Shown here: piece by piece, positions 37,375-46,839 of the stretch | Layout: the number at the start of each line of letters is the position of its first letter | Position numbering within the stretch: the stretch's first letter is position 1 | IMG/VR virus record: IMGVR_UViG_3300021343_000001 | Span: 1-57,543 of that record | Source: a virus | Lineage: Duplodnaviria; Caudoviricetes | Reading direction: 5' to 3' (one strand) | DNA length: 57,543 bases | Translations under genes and position numbers: made by a program | Notes under the pieces: generated by a model | What the model was told of the DNA's origin: nothing | The model's database searches: none | What the model saw: the letters and a program-made list of their open reading frames with translations, nothing else

Positions 37375-38310
37375 ATGGCGACGAAACCAACATTTGCAAC
37401 CTGGAATTACGAGTGGGCAACGGCTGCCGCAGCGGGGCGCGTGACAGATCCGAGCGCCTTTCGCGCAGGCGGCTGGCCTTTCGAGAATGAGTTCCCATCG
37501 AACGCCGCGAACTACCACTTTCGCACGCTCGGTTTGTGGACCGCGTTCTTTGACGACATGTTCGGCTCCGCCGGGACGCTCACGCTCGACGCATCGAACA
37601 CCTACCTCGAGGTCACGACCGATGGCGCGAGCGCGCAGGTGTGGACCTTCGTCGGCGCAGGCACAGACTGCGAGGTCGTGAGCGACTCTTTCAACGGGAC
37701 CACCTACCTGCTCGGCGGGACAGGCTTGCGCGTGCAGACCGGAGGCACTGGCACCGAGGATGACGGCGACCTCGAATGGTTTGGATCGAACGCGGTTGAT
37801 GCCGCGGTCGGTCGCATGAACCTCTCTCGCAAGGCTGGTCATTCGACGATCACAGACGTGGGACTGAACGTCCCTTGCATGCGCCTGACCTACGCCGACG
37901 CTGATGACGCAACCGCTCCAACGGGCGACTTCGCCACGGTCTTTCCTCGCGATGAGACGTTGTATATCGACAACCTCGCCAAGGCGGTCGTCGAGATCAA
38001 CGGCTCATGGGATTCGGGGACCGGCGTGTTTTCGCTCGATTCTTATGACGGCTACAACGTCTCGAGCGTGACGCTCAACACCGCGGGCACACCGAATCAA
38101 CTCGACATTTCGGTCGCGAACACGTTCACCGCCAGCGCGATCTTCGCCACCATCCTCGATTCGGGCAATGATCCGATCATCGTCAAGGCAGGACTGAGCA
38201 AACAGATTCAGGCGACCGCGTTCAACGGAACCAACTGGGTCGATGCGTTCGATACAGTGGCATCCTTCACGGGCGGGAAGAACTGCACGATCAGCGTCGT
38301 CATCTACTGA
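37375..38310 (+). CDS. tail fibre/spike-like virion protein
   Basis: Follows the wedge genes; P......GW.....P.A..NY motif; beta-rich. Confidence 0.6.
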   Translation: MATKPTFATWNYEWATAAAAGRVTDPSAFRAGGWPFENEFPSNAANYHFRTLGLWTAFFDDMFGSAGTLTLDASNTYLEVTTDGASAQVWTFVGAGTDCEVVSDSFNGTTYLLGGTGLRVQTGGTGTEDDGDLEWFGSNAVDAAVGRMNLSRKAGHSTITDVGLNVPCMRLTYADADDATAPTGDFATVFPRDETLYIDNLAKAVVEINGSWDSGTGVFSLDSYDGYNVSSVTLNTAGTPNQLDISVANTFTASAIFATILDSGNDPIIVKAGLSKQIQATAFNGTNWVDAFDTVASFTGGKNCTISVVIY

Positions 38311-38322
38311 CAAGGAGGAATC

Positions 38323-38742
38323 ATGACCGTCACGACACAACAGATACGCGAGATCCAGGCGTCACTCTCGGGGCGTTCCCCGCAGTGGGTACAGCAAGGG
38401 GGTGCAGCGATCACGAGCGCGAACGGTGTGCCATCGGGAGCATCAGCAGGGGTGAGCGTGCTGAACAGCGTTGATCTGAGCGCGATCTTCACGACCGTCG
38501 CCATCGTCAAGGGCGCGAGCGTCACGGACTACGCCGGGCGCTGGTGGGGCTACAACCCCGCGCTCGGCTCGGGGACGTGGGGGCTGCTCGACAACTCCTC
38601 GCGCACCGGGCTCACGACCTCATGGCAGCAGCAGATCGCCAGCGGTTCGATCACGCGCGTCTACTTCGAGTTGACCGCGATCACAGACAGCGGATCGGAT
38701 GGCGTCGGCGCGTGGGTCGGTCCCTGCGATCCGAGCGCGTGA
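38323..38742 (+). CDS. putative virion protein
   Basis: AAGGAGG RBS; beta-rich. Confidence 0.65.
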   Translation: MTVTTQQIREIQASLSGRSPQWVQQGGAAITSANGVPSGASAGVSVLNSVDLSAIFTTVAIVKGASVTDYAGRWWGYNPALGSGTWGLLDNSSRTGLTTSWQQQIASGSITRVYFELTAITDSGSDGVGAWVGPCDPSA

Positions 38743-38751
38743 GGTGATGCG

Positions 38752-38946
38752 ATGAGACCATTCTTCAACAGCGGTTACTTCCCGCCCGAGAACGTCGACC
38801 CTCAGACCGAGGACAGCGCGGGGCGGATTCAGATCGCAGACGACTACCTCGACACCGAGTATGAGGCTGCCTACCAGGCAGACCAGCAGATCGAAGTGCT
38901 CGACGGACCACCGGATAACGCGATTCAGATCGCAGACGACTACTGA
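38752..38946 (+). CDS. 64-aa acidic peptide with duplicated IQIADDY
   Basis: GAGGT RBS; 22-bp direct repeat at 38826-38847 and 38922-38943. Confidence 0.6.
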   Translation: MRPFFNSGYFPPENVDPQTEDSAGRIQIADDYLDTEYEAAYQADQQIEVLDGPPDNAIQIADDY

Positions 38947-38961
38947 TAAGGAGGCGACGCC

Positions 38962-39822
38962 ATGGCGATCGTGCCAACAATTCCAGACTGCGCATCGGCG
39001 GCTGCCGGTGGCACCGCGATCGGTGATTACTCGCAGCAACTCTATTCTTTCTTCAGCGCGCAGGTTGGATTCTTCGCGCTCCAGAATGTCGTGGGCGGTC
39101 CTTCCGCCGTCACGTCATTCACCGCCACGCACACCGATGGATGGCAGATCAACTTCCGCGTCTCGGGCGGCGCGATCCTGACCATGATCGACCCTGACGG
39201 CACGATCGCGGACAGCGCCTCGCCGGGCTCTCCGACGAACGCGAGCGCAGAGGTGACGTTCATCCCGTCACCCTCGGGCGTGTCTGCCAACTGCTTTTAC
39301 GCGCAGTACGGTGACGCGGTGATGTTTGGCGTCAAGGACTCGGGCAACACCTTCCCGCAGTACTGCTGCCAGATCGGCAAGATCATCCAGACAGACAACG
39401 CGAGCGATCCCGAGGTCTTCGTCGACGGGCTCGCGATCCTCGCCTACCTCCCGAACGAATCGCCGTCGTCAGGCGTCGGAGACTGGGGCTGCGTGTCGAG
39501 CGCGAATAGCCAGTGCTTTGTACGTGTCGGTGAGGCGGATTGGCAGGCATACACGTTCGGCAACACGGGCGCTGTCACGGACACGTCAGGCAATATCCGC
39601 TTCTCCTCGATCAACATCTTCGCACCCTCGACGGGTTCGCCGTCAGCTACGAATGATCCGAGCATCGGTGAGTTTCGCTTCTTGCGCATCGATGGATCTG
39701 TCGACGCAGCGCCGCTCAACGTGATCCCCTCGAGCGCGTCGAACCAGGCACAAGTTCGCCTGAACGATGTCGCGAGCGATACGCGCATGGTCGCGCTCTG
39801 GAACAAGACCGTCACGCCATAA
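38962..39822 (+). CDS. putative virion/tail-associated protein
   Basis: AAGGAGG RBS; S/G/T-rich. Confidence 0.7.
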   Translation: MAIVPTIPDCASAAAGGTAIGDYSQQLYSFFSAQVGFFALQNVVGGPSAVTSFTATHTDGWQINFRVSGGAILTMIDPDGTIADSASPGSPTNASAEVTFIPSPSGVSANCFYAQYGDAVMFGVKDSGNTFPQYCCQIGKIIQTDNASDPEVFVDGLAILAYLPNESPSSGVGDWGCVSSANSQCFVRVGEADWQAYTFGNTGAVTDTSGNIRFSSINIFAPSTGSPSATNDPSIGEFRFLRIDGSVDAAPLNVIPSSASNQAQVRLNDVASDTRMVALWNKTVTP

Positions 39823-39831
39823 GGAGGCATC

Positions 39832-40170
39832 ATGAGCACCACCGCACAATACGTAGGACTCCCCATCACCGTCACGGCGGACACGACGCCAGCGCTGATC
39901 CCGCTGCCTGACCCGGCAACCAACCCGAGGCTCGGGAGCGATCAGATCGTGCGCCTGTTCGTGCACGAGAGCGCAGGCGTGACGGAACTCGTGAGCAACA
40001 CCGCCGCGACAAAGGGGCTCACGATCACGACCGTGGCGGCGACTGATGCCAACTTCGAGCTTGGCGCGTGGCGTCTCGGGGGCGACCTCGCCCTCTACCT
40101 CTACGCCAGTTCGAGCACAGCAGTGACGATCATTCCGGTCTACGAATCGCGAGCCGCAGCGCAGGAGTGA
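39832..40170 (+). CDS. putative virion protein
   Basis: AAGGAGG RBS. Confidence 0.65.
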   Translation: MSTTAQYVGLPITVTADTTPALIPLPDPATNPRLGSDQIVRLFVHESAGVTELVSNTAATKGLTITTVAATDANFELGAWRLGGDLALYLYASSSTAVTIIPVYESRAAAQE

Positions 40171-40373
40171 TCGTGCCGGGCTATCGATTCGACAACTCGA
40201 GCCCGAGAGATCAGAGCTTCACCTATGGATCGCGCGCGAAGGGCGAAGGCGGATCACGCGATCCGCTGGATGTTGACGTGCCGGATGTGCTCGATGTCGC
40301 GCGAGACACACTTGACCCCGCCCTGAGCGGCGAAATCGCGCTCGATTTGCGAGCGCCCAGAGAGCAGATATGA
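40167..40373 (+). CDS. small acidic hypothetical protein
   Basis: GTGA and ATGA overlaps; fills the gap exactly. Confidence 0.5.
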   Translation: MIVPGYRFDNSSPRDQSFTYGSRAKGEGGSRDPLDVDVPDVLDVARDTLDPALSGEIALDLRAPREQI

Positions 40374-41581
40374 GCATCGACCCAGCATCGTTCGCCTACG
40401 GACAGCCCGGTTTCGGGCAGCCGACATACAAGGGCAGCACATTCTTCGTCTCGCGCAAGGACCACTTCCCGCAGCCTGTCGCTGGCGTGATCACGCTGCC
40501 CGCTGACAGCACGTGGGTGATCTGTGATGACGTGGACCTGACGGGCGACGCGATCGTCTGCGATGGCGTCGCGACGATCGTTGGTTTCGGGCAGGAGACC
40601 TGCAAACTCTCCTCGAGCGGCAAGACGAGCGGACAGTTGATCTCGACCACCTCGACACTCACGCTGGCCTCGCTCGCCATCACCACAGCGGGAACCGCGT
40701 TCGGAGCGCGCGTCGATGGGAGCGCCGCCACGGGAGGCGATCGCCCGGCGTGCGACTGGCACAACGTGAACTTTTTCGGCGGACCGGGGGCTTACCTGAT
40801 CAACTGCGCCAACGCGGTGATGAGTATCATGGGCTTCTTCGGATCAGCAGGCATGTTCATCCAGACGGGCATCGACACGTTGGCGATCACCGAGACGATC
40901 TTCACGCCTTCGAGCGGATTCGCAGGGCTCAATTTCATCCCGGGAGGCTCGTGGAACCGGCGCATCAGGATTCAAAACTGCGCGTTCGTGGTCGAGTCCG
41001 GCGCTACGGGCGTCAGCGTACAGGCTGCCGACGTGCAGGAGAGCGAGGGGTATATCCTCGAGTTTTGCAACTTCTCTGGCGCAGGCACCTACACCGCTGG
41101 CGCGACCGTGGGCTCCGAGGTATCGCGCTGGCAGGAGAACCGAGGCATCGAAAACAGCTCCAGGCTCGGCTCGCTCTACATGACAGGCAACGCCACGGTC
41201 ACGCCAATCGCCGTGATAGGCACGCCCGTCAAGGTCGCAGGCACGACCACTGCTGGCGATCTTATTCAGCGGTTTACAGCAACCGACAATCGCCTGACAT
41301 GCGATTCGGAACTCGCCGCGAACTTTTCGATCTCCGGCGTCGCCTCGATCTCGGGCGGGAACAACAACCAGATCGCGCTCTACCTCTACAAGAACGGCTC
41401 ACCGATCAACGGACACCGCACCTTGATCACACTCAACAGCGCAGGCAGGGTGGAGAACGCGGTGTTTAACGCGCTGGTCTTGCTCGAGCAAGACGACTAC
41501 ATCGAGGTGTGGGTGAGCAACGAGACGAGCACGACAGACCCGACCGTCGAGGAACTGCATCTACAGCTCCATGCGGTGTGA
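40370..41581 (+). CDS. beta-helix plus C1q/TNF-like virion protein (possible receptor-binding protein)
   Basis: Beta-rich repeats; C-terminal LY.NG......L...DYIEVWV.N. Confidence 0.6.
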   Translation: MSIDPASFAYGQPGFGQPTYKGSTFFVSRKDHFPQPVAGVITLPADSTWVICDDVDLTGDAIVCDGVATIVGFGQETCKLSSSGKTSGQLISTTSTLTLASLAITTAGTAFGARVDGSAATGGDRPACDWHNVNFFGGPGAYLINCANAVMSIMGFFGSAGMFIQTGIDTLAITETIFTPSSGFAGLNFIPGGSWNRRIRIQNCAFVVESGATGVSVQAADVQESEGYILEFCNFSGAGTYTAGATVGSEVSRWQENRGIENSSRLGSLYMTGNATVTPIAVIGTPVKVAGTTTAGDLIQRFTATDNRLTCDSELAANFSISGVASISGGNNNQIALYLYKNGSPINGHRTLITLNSAGRVENAVFNALVLLEQDDYIEVWVSNETSTTDPTVEELHLQLHAV

Positions 41582-41639
41582 GTCGAGATCTGGTAGGGTG
41601 CTCTCTCGCTGCCAATTTGACACACGAGAGAGCATCGAT

Positions 41640-42326
41640 ATGATACATGCAGCAGCATTGCTCACAGCAATCACGGCGCTCGCCGCGCCGCCATATGGAG
41701 ACGAGCCCATGTCATTCTATGAAGTCAAGCCCGAGATCCTCGCGTGGTTGCCAGCGATTCACCGCGTGCGCGACGACATGGGGCTCTCCTCGGTCAAGTA
41801 CAGCGACGCGCTCGTGATGGCGTTCCTGCATCGCGAGACGCACCCCATCGGGCGCGCGGACTCGCATCGCGATGGCGCTCCCTTCTACACCGCGTTTCAG
41901 TTCGCCAATCCTTACCTGAAGGACGCGCTCGTTTACCTCGACGACGAGGAGATGCCCACGCAGGCGCGTGACTACCATGGCAAGGTTGACCCCGCGATCC
42001 GCGTGTTCCTCGGGCACATGGAGAAGTACAAGGGCACACACCTTTACGAGCCCTCGATGATGGCGGTGATCCACAAGGCAGGCATCGGCTCGGCGGTGAA
42101 GGTGCGCAGGCTGCTCGATCAAGGCAAGGTCGCCACGCCGCTCGAAGCGCTCGAGAAGCACATCAACATCCACAACGACGCGAAGTATCTCTCGACGTGG
42201 CAACGCCTCCTGACGGTCTATGCGCAGTGGGTGCACGACGAGAACGCGAAGTTGCATGTGTGCTCGACGCAATACCTTGGTGAGTTTGGCGAGGACTGGC
42301 CCGAGATTCCGGGGGTGATCGAGTGA
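41640..42326 (+). CDS. divergent lytic transglycosylase (SLT-like), probable endolysin
   Basis: W.P.I, LVMAFLHRET (catalytic Glu position), YTAFQF (GLMQ-like), AVIHKAG.G (AYNAG-like); hydrophobic N-terminus. Confidence 0.6.
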   Translation: MIHAAALLTAITALAAPPYGDEPMSFYEVKPEILAWLPAIHRVRDDMGLSSVKYSDALVMAFLHRETHPIGRADSHRDGAPFYTAFQFANPYLKDALVYLDDEEMPTQARDYHGKVDPAIRVFLGHMEKYKGTHLYEPSMMAVIHKAGIGSAVKVRRLLDQGKVATPLEALEKHINIHNDAKYLSTWQRLLTVYAQWVHDENAKLHVCSTQYLGEFGEDWPEIPGVIE

Positions 42327-42763
42327 GACGCTGGCCTTTGCTTATCCTCGCGCTCGCGTCGTGTGCCCCCGTGCCGCGCGTGCCAGATCATCTGCCCGAG
42401 CCTCGCCAGACATGGGCGCGCGCCGCGTGGGTGTACGATAACCGCGCGCGCGTGCGCGAAGGTGAAGCGCTGCTCTCGCGCGTCGTGAGCGTGCAGATCC
42501 TCGCGCGTCCTGGGATGCACTCGATCTGCCCCGAACCGCTCGGCAACTGCACCGTCTTTCACGGCGGCGGCGAGTACACGGTGTTTTGGAACGCGATGCT
42601 TGGCGAGGACGCCTTGTGTCACGAGTTGCTGCACATCTTGCTCGATCAGGCTGGCACGATGGAGAGGTCGGAGCATCACGCATGGATGCTCGAGCACAAC
42701 GCTTACTACTGCGACGAAACGATCAGTTGGTATCTCGCGAAGGAGAAGAGTCATGACAGATGA
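42323..42763 (+). CDS. lipoprotein with HEXXH zinc-peptidase motif
   Basis: Lipobox LASC; CHELLH...H. Confidence 0.7.
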   Translation: MRRWPLLILALASCAPVPRVPDHLPEPRQTWARAAWVYDNRARVREGEALLSRVVSVQILARPGMHSICPEPLGNCTVFHGGGEYTVFWNAMLGEDALCHELLHILLDQAGTMERSEHHAWMLEHNAYYCDETISWYLAKEKSHDR

Positions 42764-42983
42764 AGTGATCAGGGGCAAGTGGCGACAGTCGGACCTGATG
42801 GGATTTTTAATCCTGACGATCTCGACGATCCTGTTTGCCTATGGCGTCGAGGGATTCAACCAGTGGGGATGGGTCGCGTCTGCTGCGATGGCAGCGGGGC
42901 TCGTCGTCTACGGTCGCGTCATCTCGATCAAGGTCAACAAGGATGGCGCGGAGTTGGACGGGGGACGCGGTGACGACAGATGA
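42753..42983 (+). CDS. holin-like 2-TM protein
   Basis: Two TM helices, charged tail, lysis-cassette position. Confidence 0.55.
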   Translation: MTDEVIRGKWRQSDLMGFLILTISTILFAYGVEGFNQWGWVASAAMAAGLVVYGRVISIKVNKDGAELDGGRGDDR

Positions 42984-43341
42984 CATGAAAGAGACGGTCC
43001 GAGGAATCGTGATGCCGGTCATTGCGGCTGTGCTCGTCTCGGGCGGGTCATCCTGGCTCGGTGTCGAGATCGGGATCAGCCGACTCGAAATAAGCCTGAA
43101 GGCCGCAGAGGCGCGAATCACCGCGATCGAGAACACCGAGGATGCCAACGACAAGCGACTGCGCAAGATCGAGAGCGACCTCTCGCACCTCGCCGCGAAG
43201 TTCGACGCGCTCGACCGCAACACGAAGATCGCCGCGAACGAAGCGCTCGACAACGGAAAGAAGATCGACGACCTGTCACGCGACCTCAACCGCCTGATCG
43301 GCGCGTTCGAGGGTGGCGGACGCAACCGAACAAAGGAGTAA
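42970..43341 (+). CDS. TM-anchored coiled-coil protein
   Basis: N-terminal TM helix; heptad-rich remainder. Confidence 0.65.
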   Translation: MTTDDMKETVRGIVMPVIAAVLVSGGSSWLGVEIGISRLEISLKAAEARITAIENTEDANDKRLRKIESDLSHLAAKFDALDRNTKIAANEALDNGKKIDDLSRDLNRLIGAFEGGGRNRTKE

Positions 43342-43343
43342 CC

Positions 43344-43832
43344 TTGTCACTCGACAACCTCGACATGAGCGGGTGGGCGCTGCTCTACCCCGCGACCGGA
43401 AAATTCAACTACTGCGATGGCGCGCCGACCGCGTGCGGCCCTCAGCCTGACCCGCCAGACCCTGATCCCGGCGATCCCGATCCTGACCCGCCAGATCCCG
43501 ACAACCCCGAGCCCGATCCGCCAGACCCCGAGGAGTCGTATTGCGGCATCTCGTTCGCAGACAAGAGCGCCGTCCTGGTGAGCAACTGGAACTATGCGCG
43601 CGTCGACATCACGGAATCATGGGATGAGTTTCTGGGCAGTGATGATGGGGATGACCTCTGGGATAATGACCCCGAGCAATTGCTCGTCGATTGGATGGAC
43701 TACCTCTCCGACATCGTGCTTAACGACACGCAGGAGCCTACCTTCTTCGTCAAGGTCTCGAGCCTCCCGATCTATGCGCAATACGGCGCGGTGGGCTGGG
43801 CGCGCAGCAAACCTTACTATGTGATCGACTGA
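43344..43832 (+). CDS. acidic protein with Pro-Asp linker repeats
   Basis: AAGGAG RBS; PDPPDP repeats. Confidence 0.65.
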   Translation: MSLDNLDMSGWALLYPATGKFNYCDGAPTACGPQPDPPDPDPGDPDPDPPDPDNPEPDPPDPEESYCGISFADKSAVLVSNWNYARVDITESWDEFLGSDDGDDLWDNDPEQLLVDWMDYLSDIVLNDTQEPTFFVKVSSLPIYAQYGAVGWARSKPYYVID

Positions 43833-44200
43833 TGACACATCTCGAGATTTACGCGGTCGCGCTCGTCGGCGTCGTGCTCGGCGCGCTCGCTTATTTGTGG
43901 TGGGTCTCGCCCTCGCGTCGTGCTATCCTCTCACCCATCATCGCGGGATTGCTTGGCTTTCTCGCGGCGATAGGCTTGCGCTCGCGGCGTGCGACTCCTC
44001 GAAAGGAAGAGGCATCGCCCGAGCCCGAGCAAGAGGCACCCACGCGCGCGCCAGAGATCGGCGCGCCCATTGACTTCGAGGTAAACGATGAGACGACTCC
44101 TGACGGTGATAGCGTTCCTGATCGCCCTCCTGACAGTGCCAGCGACGAGCGACGCGCAAGCGAAGCCATCGACTGGTGGAATACGCACAACTGGGACTGA
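43832..44200 (+). CDS. 2-TM protein with disordered tail (spanin-region candidate)
   Basis: Hydrophobic N-terminus; overlaps the next gene. Confidence 0.55.
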   Translation: MTHLEIYAVALVGVVLGALAYLWWVSPSRRAILSPIIAGLLGFLAAIGLRSRRATPRKEEASPEPEQEAPTRAPEIGAPIDFEVNDETTPDGDSVPDRPPDSASDERRASEAIDWWNTHNWD

Positions 44201-44513
44201 CGGGGCGTGCGCACCGATCGTGTGCCCTCCTGACGTGAGCGCGTGCGAGTGCGCCGCGCGCTCCCTCAAACAAGCGTCATTCTGCGCGAACGGGCAGGCG
44301 GCGCAGATCGCGCTGCTGCAATCCCAACTCGACGCTGAGAAGCGCGCGCACATCGACGACGTGGCGAGCGAGCGCGTGCAGCGCGAGAAGGATCGCGCTG
44401 AATCGACGCGCGAACTGGAGAAGCAACGGCGCAAGGCGTTCGCCCTTGGTGGCGTCGCTGGCGCTGCTGTCGCCATCGTCGTGCGCATCATCATCAAACT
44501 CGCGGCAAACTGA
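44088..44513 (+). CDS. signal peptide plus Cys-rich/coiled-coil plus C-terminal TM protein (spanin-like)
   Basis: GAGGT RBS; AQA cleavage motif; C-terminal hydrophobic helix. Confidence 0.55.
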   Translation: MRRLLTVIAFLIALLTVPATSDAQAKPSTGGIRTTGTDGACAPIVCPPDVSACECAARSLKQASFCANGQAAQIALLQSQLDAEKRAHIDDVASERVQREKDRAESTRELEKQRRKAFALGGVAGAAVAIVVRIIIKLAAN

Positions 44514-44521
44514 GGGGAAGC

Positions 44522-46012
44522 ATGAGCCTTGCAGACAAGGTGCGCGGGTGGCTCGCAGAGCACGACCCGACGCTCGAGAAGTACGCAGACAAGAGCAGCG
44601 CCGATGTAGCGCGCATGATCGCAGACGATGGGGTGATCCCTCACGCGAGCGTGCAAAGCGCCGCGCGAGCGTATCGAAAGATGCTCGCTGGCGAGATTCC
44701 CGCACCAGTTCAGGACGATGGCGAGGATCGCGAAGGGGTCGAGGAGGTCGACGCCGACGCGCCAGACACCGGCGATACCGTCGCGCTCGACTGGGACAAC
44801 AACAGGTATCTGTTCTCGTTTGTCGAGAAGGGCAGCGCGACGCCATGGGATGCCGACTTCAAAGAGATCAGCGAGTGGGCTTGGTGGTACACACACCAGG
44901 GCGAGAACCGCACCGCTCGAGACTGCTGCAACCTCGCTTACGAGGAGCACGGGCGCACGATCACAGAGGCGTGGTTCAGGCGCGCGATGCGCATCCTCGG
45001 GCTGCTCAAATCCTCGCCACCGCTCGCGCCTCACGAACTCGAGAAGTATCCTCGAGCCGAGCAGCAAGAGCGCATCATCTTCCAGCGCAGGCAGGCGCGC
45101 GCGCAACGGGCAATCACCTCGAGCGAGCGAAGGCAGTGGAGGCGCATCGCGGAGCAAGCGCAACGCGACCTCGAAGACCAAGACCGCGCGATCGAGCTGC
45201 TCGCCGGACTCGTCAACAGCGCCCCAGTGCGAGAGATCGCCTACACCTACCCCGAGAAGACCTCGCCCTACCTCGCCGTCGCGGGTGCGTTCGATGTCCA
45301 CATCGGCAAACGCACGGACACGGGCGGGCTCGACGCGACGATCGAAGACTTCCTCACGGCTGGCGAGAAGCTCGCGCGGCGCATCGCGATGTGCGGCACA
45401 CCCGAGAAGATCCTCGTCGCGTTCGGCGGCGACTACTTTCATGTTGACACGAAGGAAGGCACGACCACGGCGGGCACGAGACAGGACGTTGACGCGAGCA
45501 CCGCGCGCATCATCAACTCTGGCACGCACGCTGCCATCGAATACATCGAGATCATGCGCGAGGTCGCACCGGTCGAGGTGATCGTGATCGCTGGCAACCA
45601 TGACGCGACCCTGACGGCAGGGCTCGCGACCGCGCTGGAGATCCGCTACGCGCACATCAACGCGGTGGAGTTCACCTTCTGCGCAGACACGATGCAATAC
45701 GCGCGGTTTGGCGACTGCCTGCTCGCCTTCGAGCACGGCGACGGCCCGAAGCAAAAAGACCTCGCGAACCTCATGTCACACGACGCGAGGCAGCGAGGCT
45801 GGTTGTGGAAGAAAGGGTTTGCGTTCGTCGGACACCTGCATCACGAGCACGCTTACGACATCGGCGGCGTGACGGTGCTCCAGTGCCCCTCGCTCGCGCA
45901 CGCGGACGCCTGGCACGCAAAGAAGGGATTTCGCATGTCGACGCCCTCGCACGCGGCTTACCTGTTCGATCGCGAGGAGGGGCTGATAGGCGCGCTACGC
46001 GCTACGCTGTAG
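44522..46012 (+). CDS. N-terminal helical domain plus metallophosphoesterase
   Basis: DVHIG, GGD.FH.D, GNHD, HGD, GHLHH. Confidence 0.85.
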   Translation: MSLADKVRGWLAEHDPTLEKYADKSSADVARMIADDGVIPHASVQSAARAYRKMLAGEIPAPVQDDGEDREGVEEVDADAPDTGDTVALDWDNNRYLFSFVEKGSATPWDADFKEISEWAWWYTHQGENRTARDCCNLAYEEHGRTITEAWFRRAMRILGLLKSSPPLAPHELEKYPRAEQQERIIFQRRQARAQRAITSSERRQWRRIAEQAQRDLEDQDRAIELLAGLVNSAPVREIAYTYPEKTSPYLAVAGAFDVHIGKRTDTGGLDATIEDFLTAGEKLARRIAMCGTPEKILVAFGGDYFHVDTKEGTTTAGTRQDVDASTARIINSGTHAAIEYIEIMREVAPVEVIVIAGNHDATLTAGLATALEIRYAHINAVEFTFCADTMQYARFGDCLLAFEHGDGPKQKDLANLMSHDARQRGWLWKKGFAFVGHLHHEHAYDIGGVTVLQCPSLAHADAWHAKKGFRMSTPSHAAYLFDREEGLIGALRATL

Positions 46013-46474
46013 CCACGGCGCGAGGCATTCGTCTGTGAGGTAGGGGCAGTTTACTCGCGCTTGGTGACCCGAGTTCGAGCGATCACTCATCCCCAGGTTG
46101 TCGTAAGGCAGAATGCTGTTTGCAAGCAAAGGCTCGAAGTATCGTGCGAACCAGAGGAACCTGCCTGCACCAAGCCCAATGGTAGCAAGAAATCCCGAGC
46201 CTCCGATCAGCCCAAGCCACCAAGCCACACTCACCGCCTGATCGACGCTCGAGCCATCCTCCCCGATCGACAGCACACACCATTCGACCGCATCCCCCAG
46301 CGTGAGCAGGTCATCCCACGCGAGCAGCACGTCGAGCCGACGTTTTGCCAGGTCGAGCGCGCTCGCCTGCAAATGCTCAGGCAACCTCGCCCACGCCTTG
46401 ACCACGAGCCCGATCGCCTCGGGCGTCCTGCGCGCGTGCTCCACGATCTCTCGAAACGCTCCGTAATCCATCAC
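45995..46474 (-). CDS. hypothetical protein
   Basis: GAGGAGG RBS; GTGA coupling. Confidence 0.55.
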   Translation of the reverse strand: MMDYGAFREIVEHARRTPEAIGLVVKAWARLPEHLQASALDLAKRRLDVLLAWDDLLTLGDAVEWCVLSIGEDGSSVDQAVSVAWWLGLIGGSGFLATIGLGAGRFLWFARYFEPLLANSILPYDNLGMSDRSNSGHQARVNCPYLTDECLAPWLQRSA

Positions 46475-46839
46475 TCCTCCTCACCATCATTGATGATCTT
46501 GACGAATCGTTCACCGTCAATCCAGACTTCCTCCCATCCGCCAAGATAAATGTGCTGCTCGAGGTCAAACTTGTCACCCATGGCTTCCTCTGTCATCGGG
46601 TAGAGTCGATCCCACGTCGTCTGAAAGGCGACCGGCAAGTCCTTTCTGAACGCTGCCAACCCTTCTTCGAGGAACATGGGGTAATGACGCACATGCGCCG
46701 TCCCGATAAACTCCACCATCGCTACAGCAACCAGCGCTTCTCTCGGAGTTTTGAACTTAACCCATCTCACATCAAGGCCCTCACCGATCACGAACGCAAT
46801 GACCCATGGACGTTCACCCTTATCGCCAAGATAAATCAC
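46471..46839 (-). CDS. hypothetical protein
   Basis: GGAGG RBS; coupled. Confidence 0.6.
   Translation of the reverse strand: MIYLGDKGERPWVIAFVIGEGLDVRWVKFKTPREALVAVAMVEFIGTAHVRHYPMFLEEGLAAFRKDLPVAFQTTWDRLYPMTEEAMGDKFDLEQHIYLGGWEEVWIDGERFVKIINDGEEE

Noticed and set aside
37375-41581. Diversity-generating retroelement or invertible tail-fibre cassette
   Set aside because: No reverse transcriptase or invertase, and no adenine-variant TR/VR pair was seen
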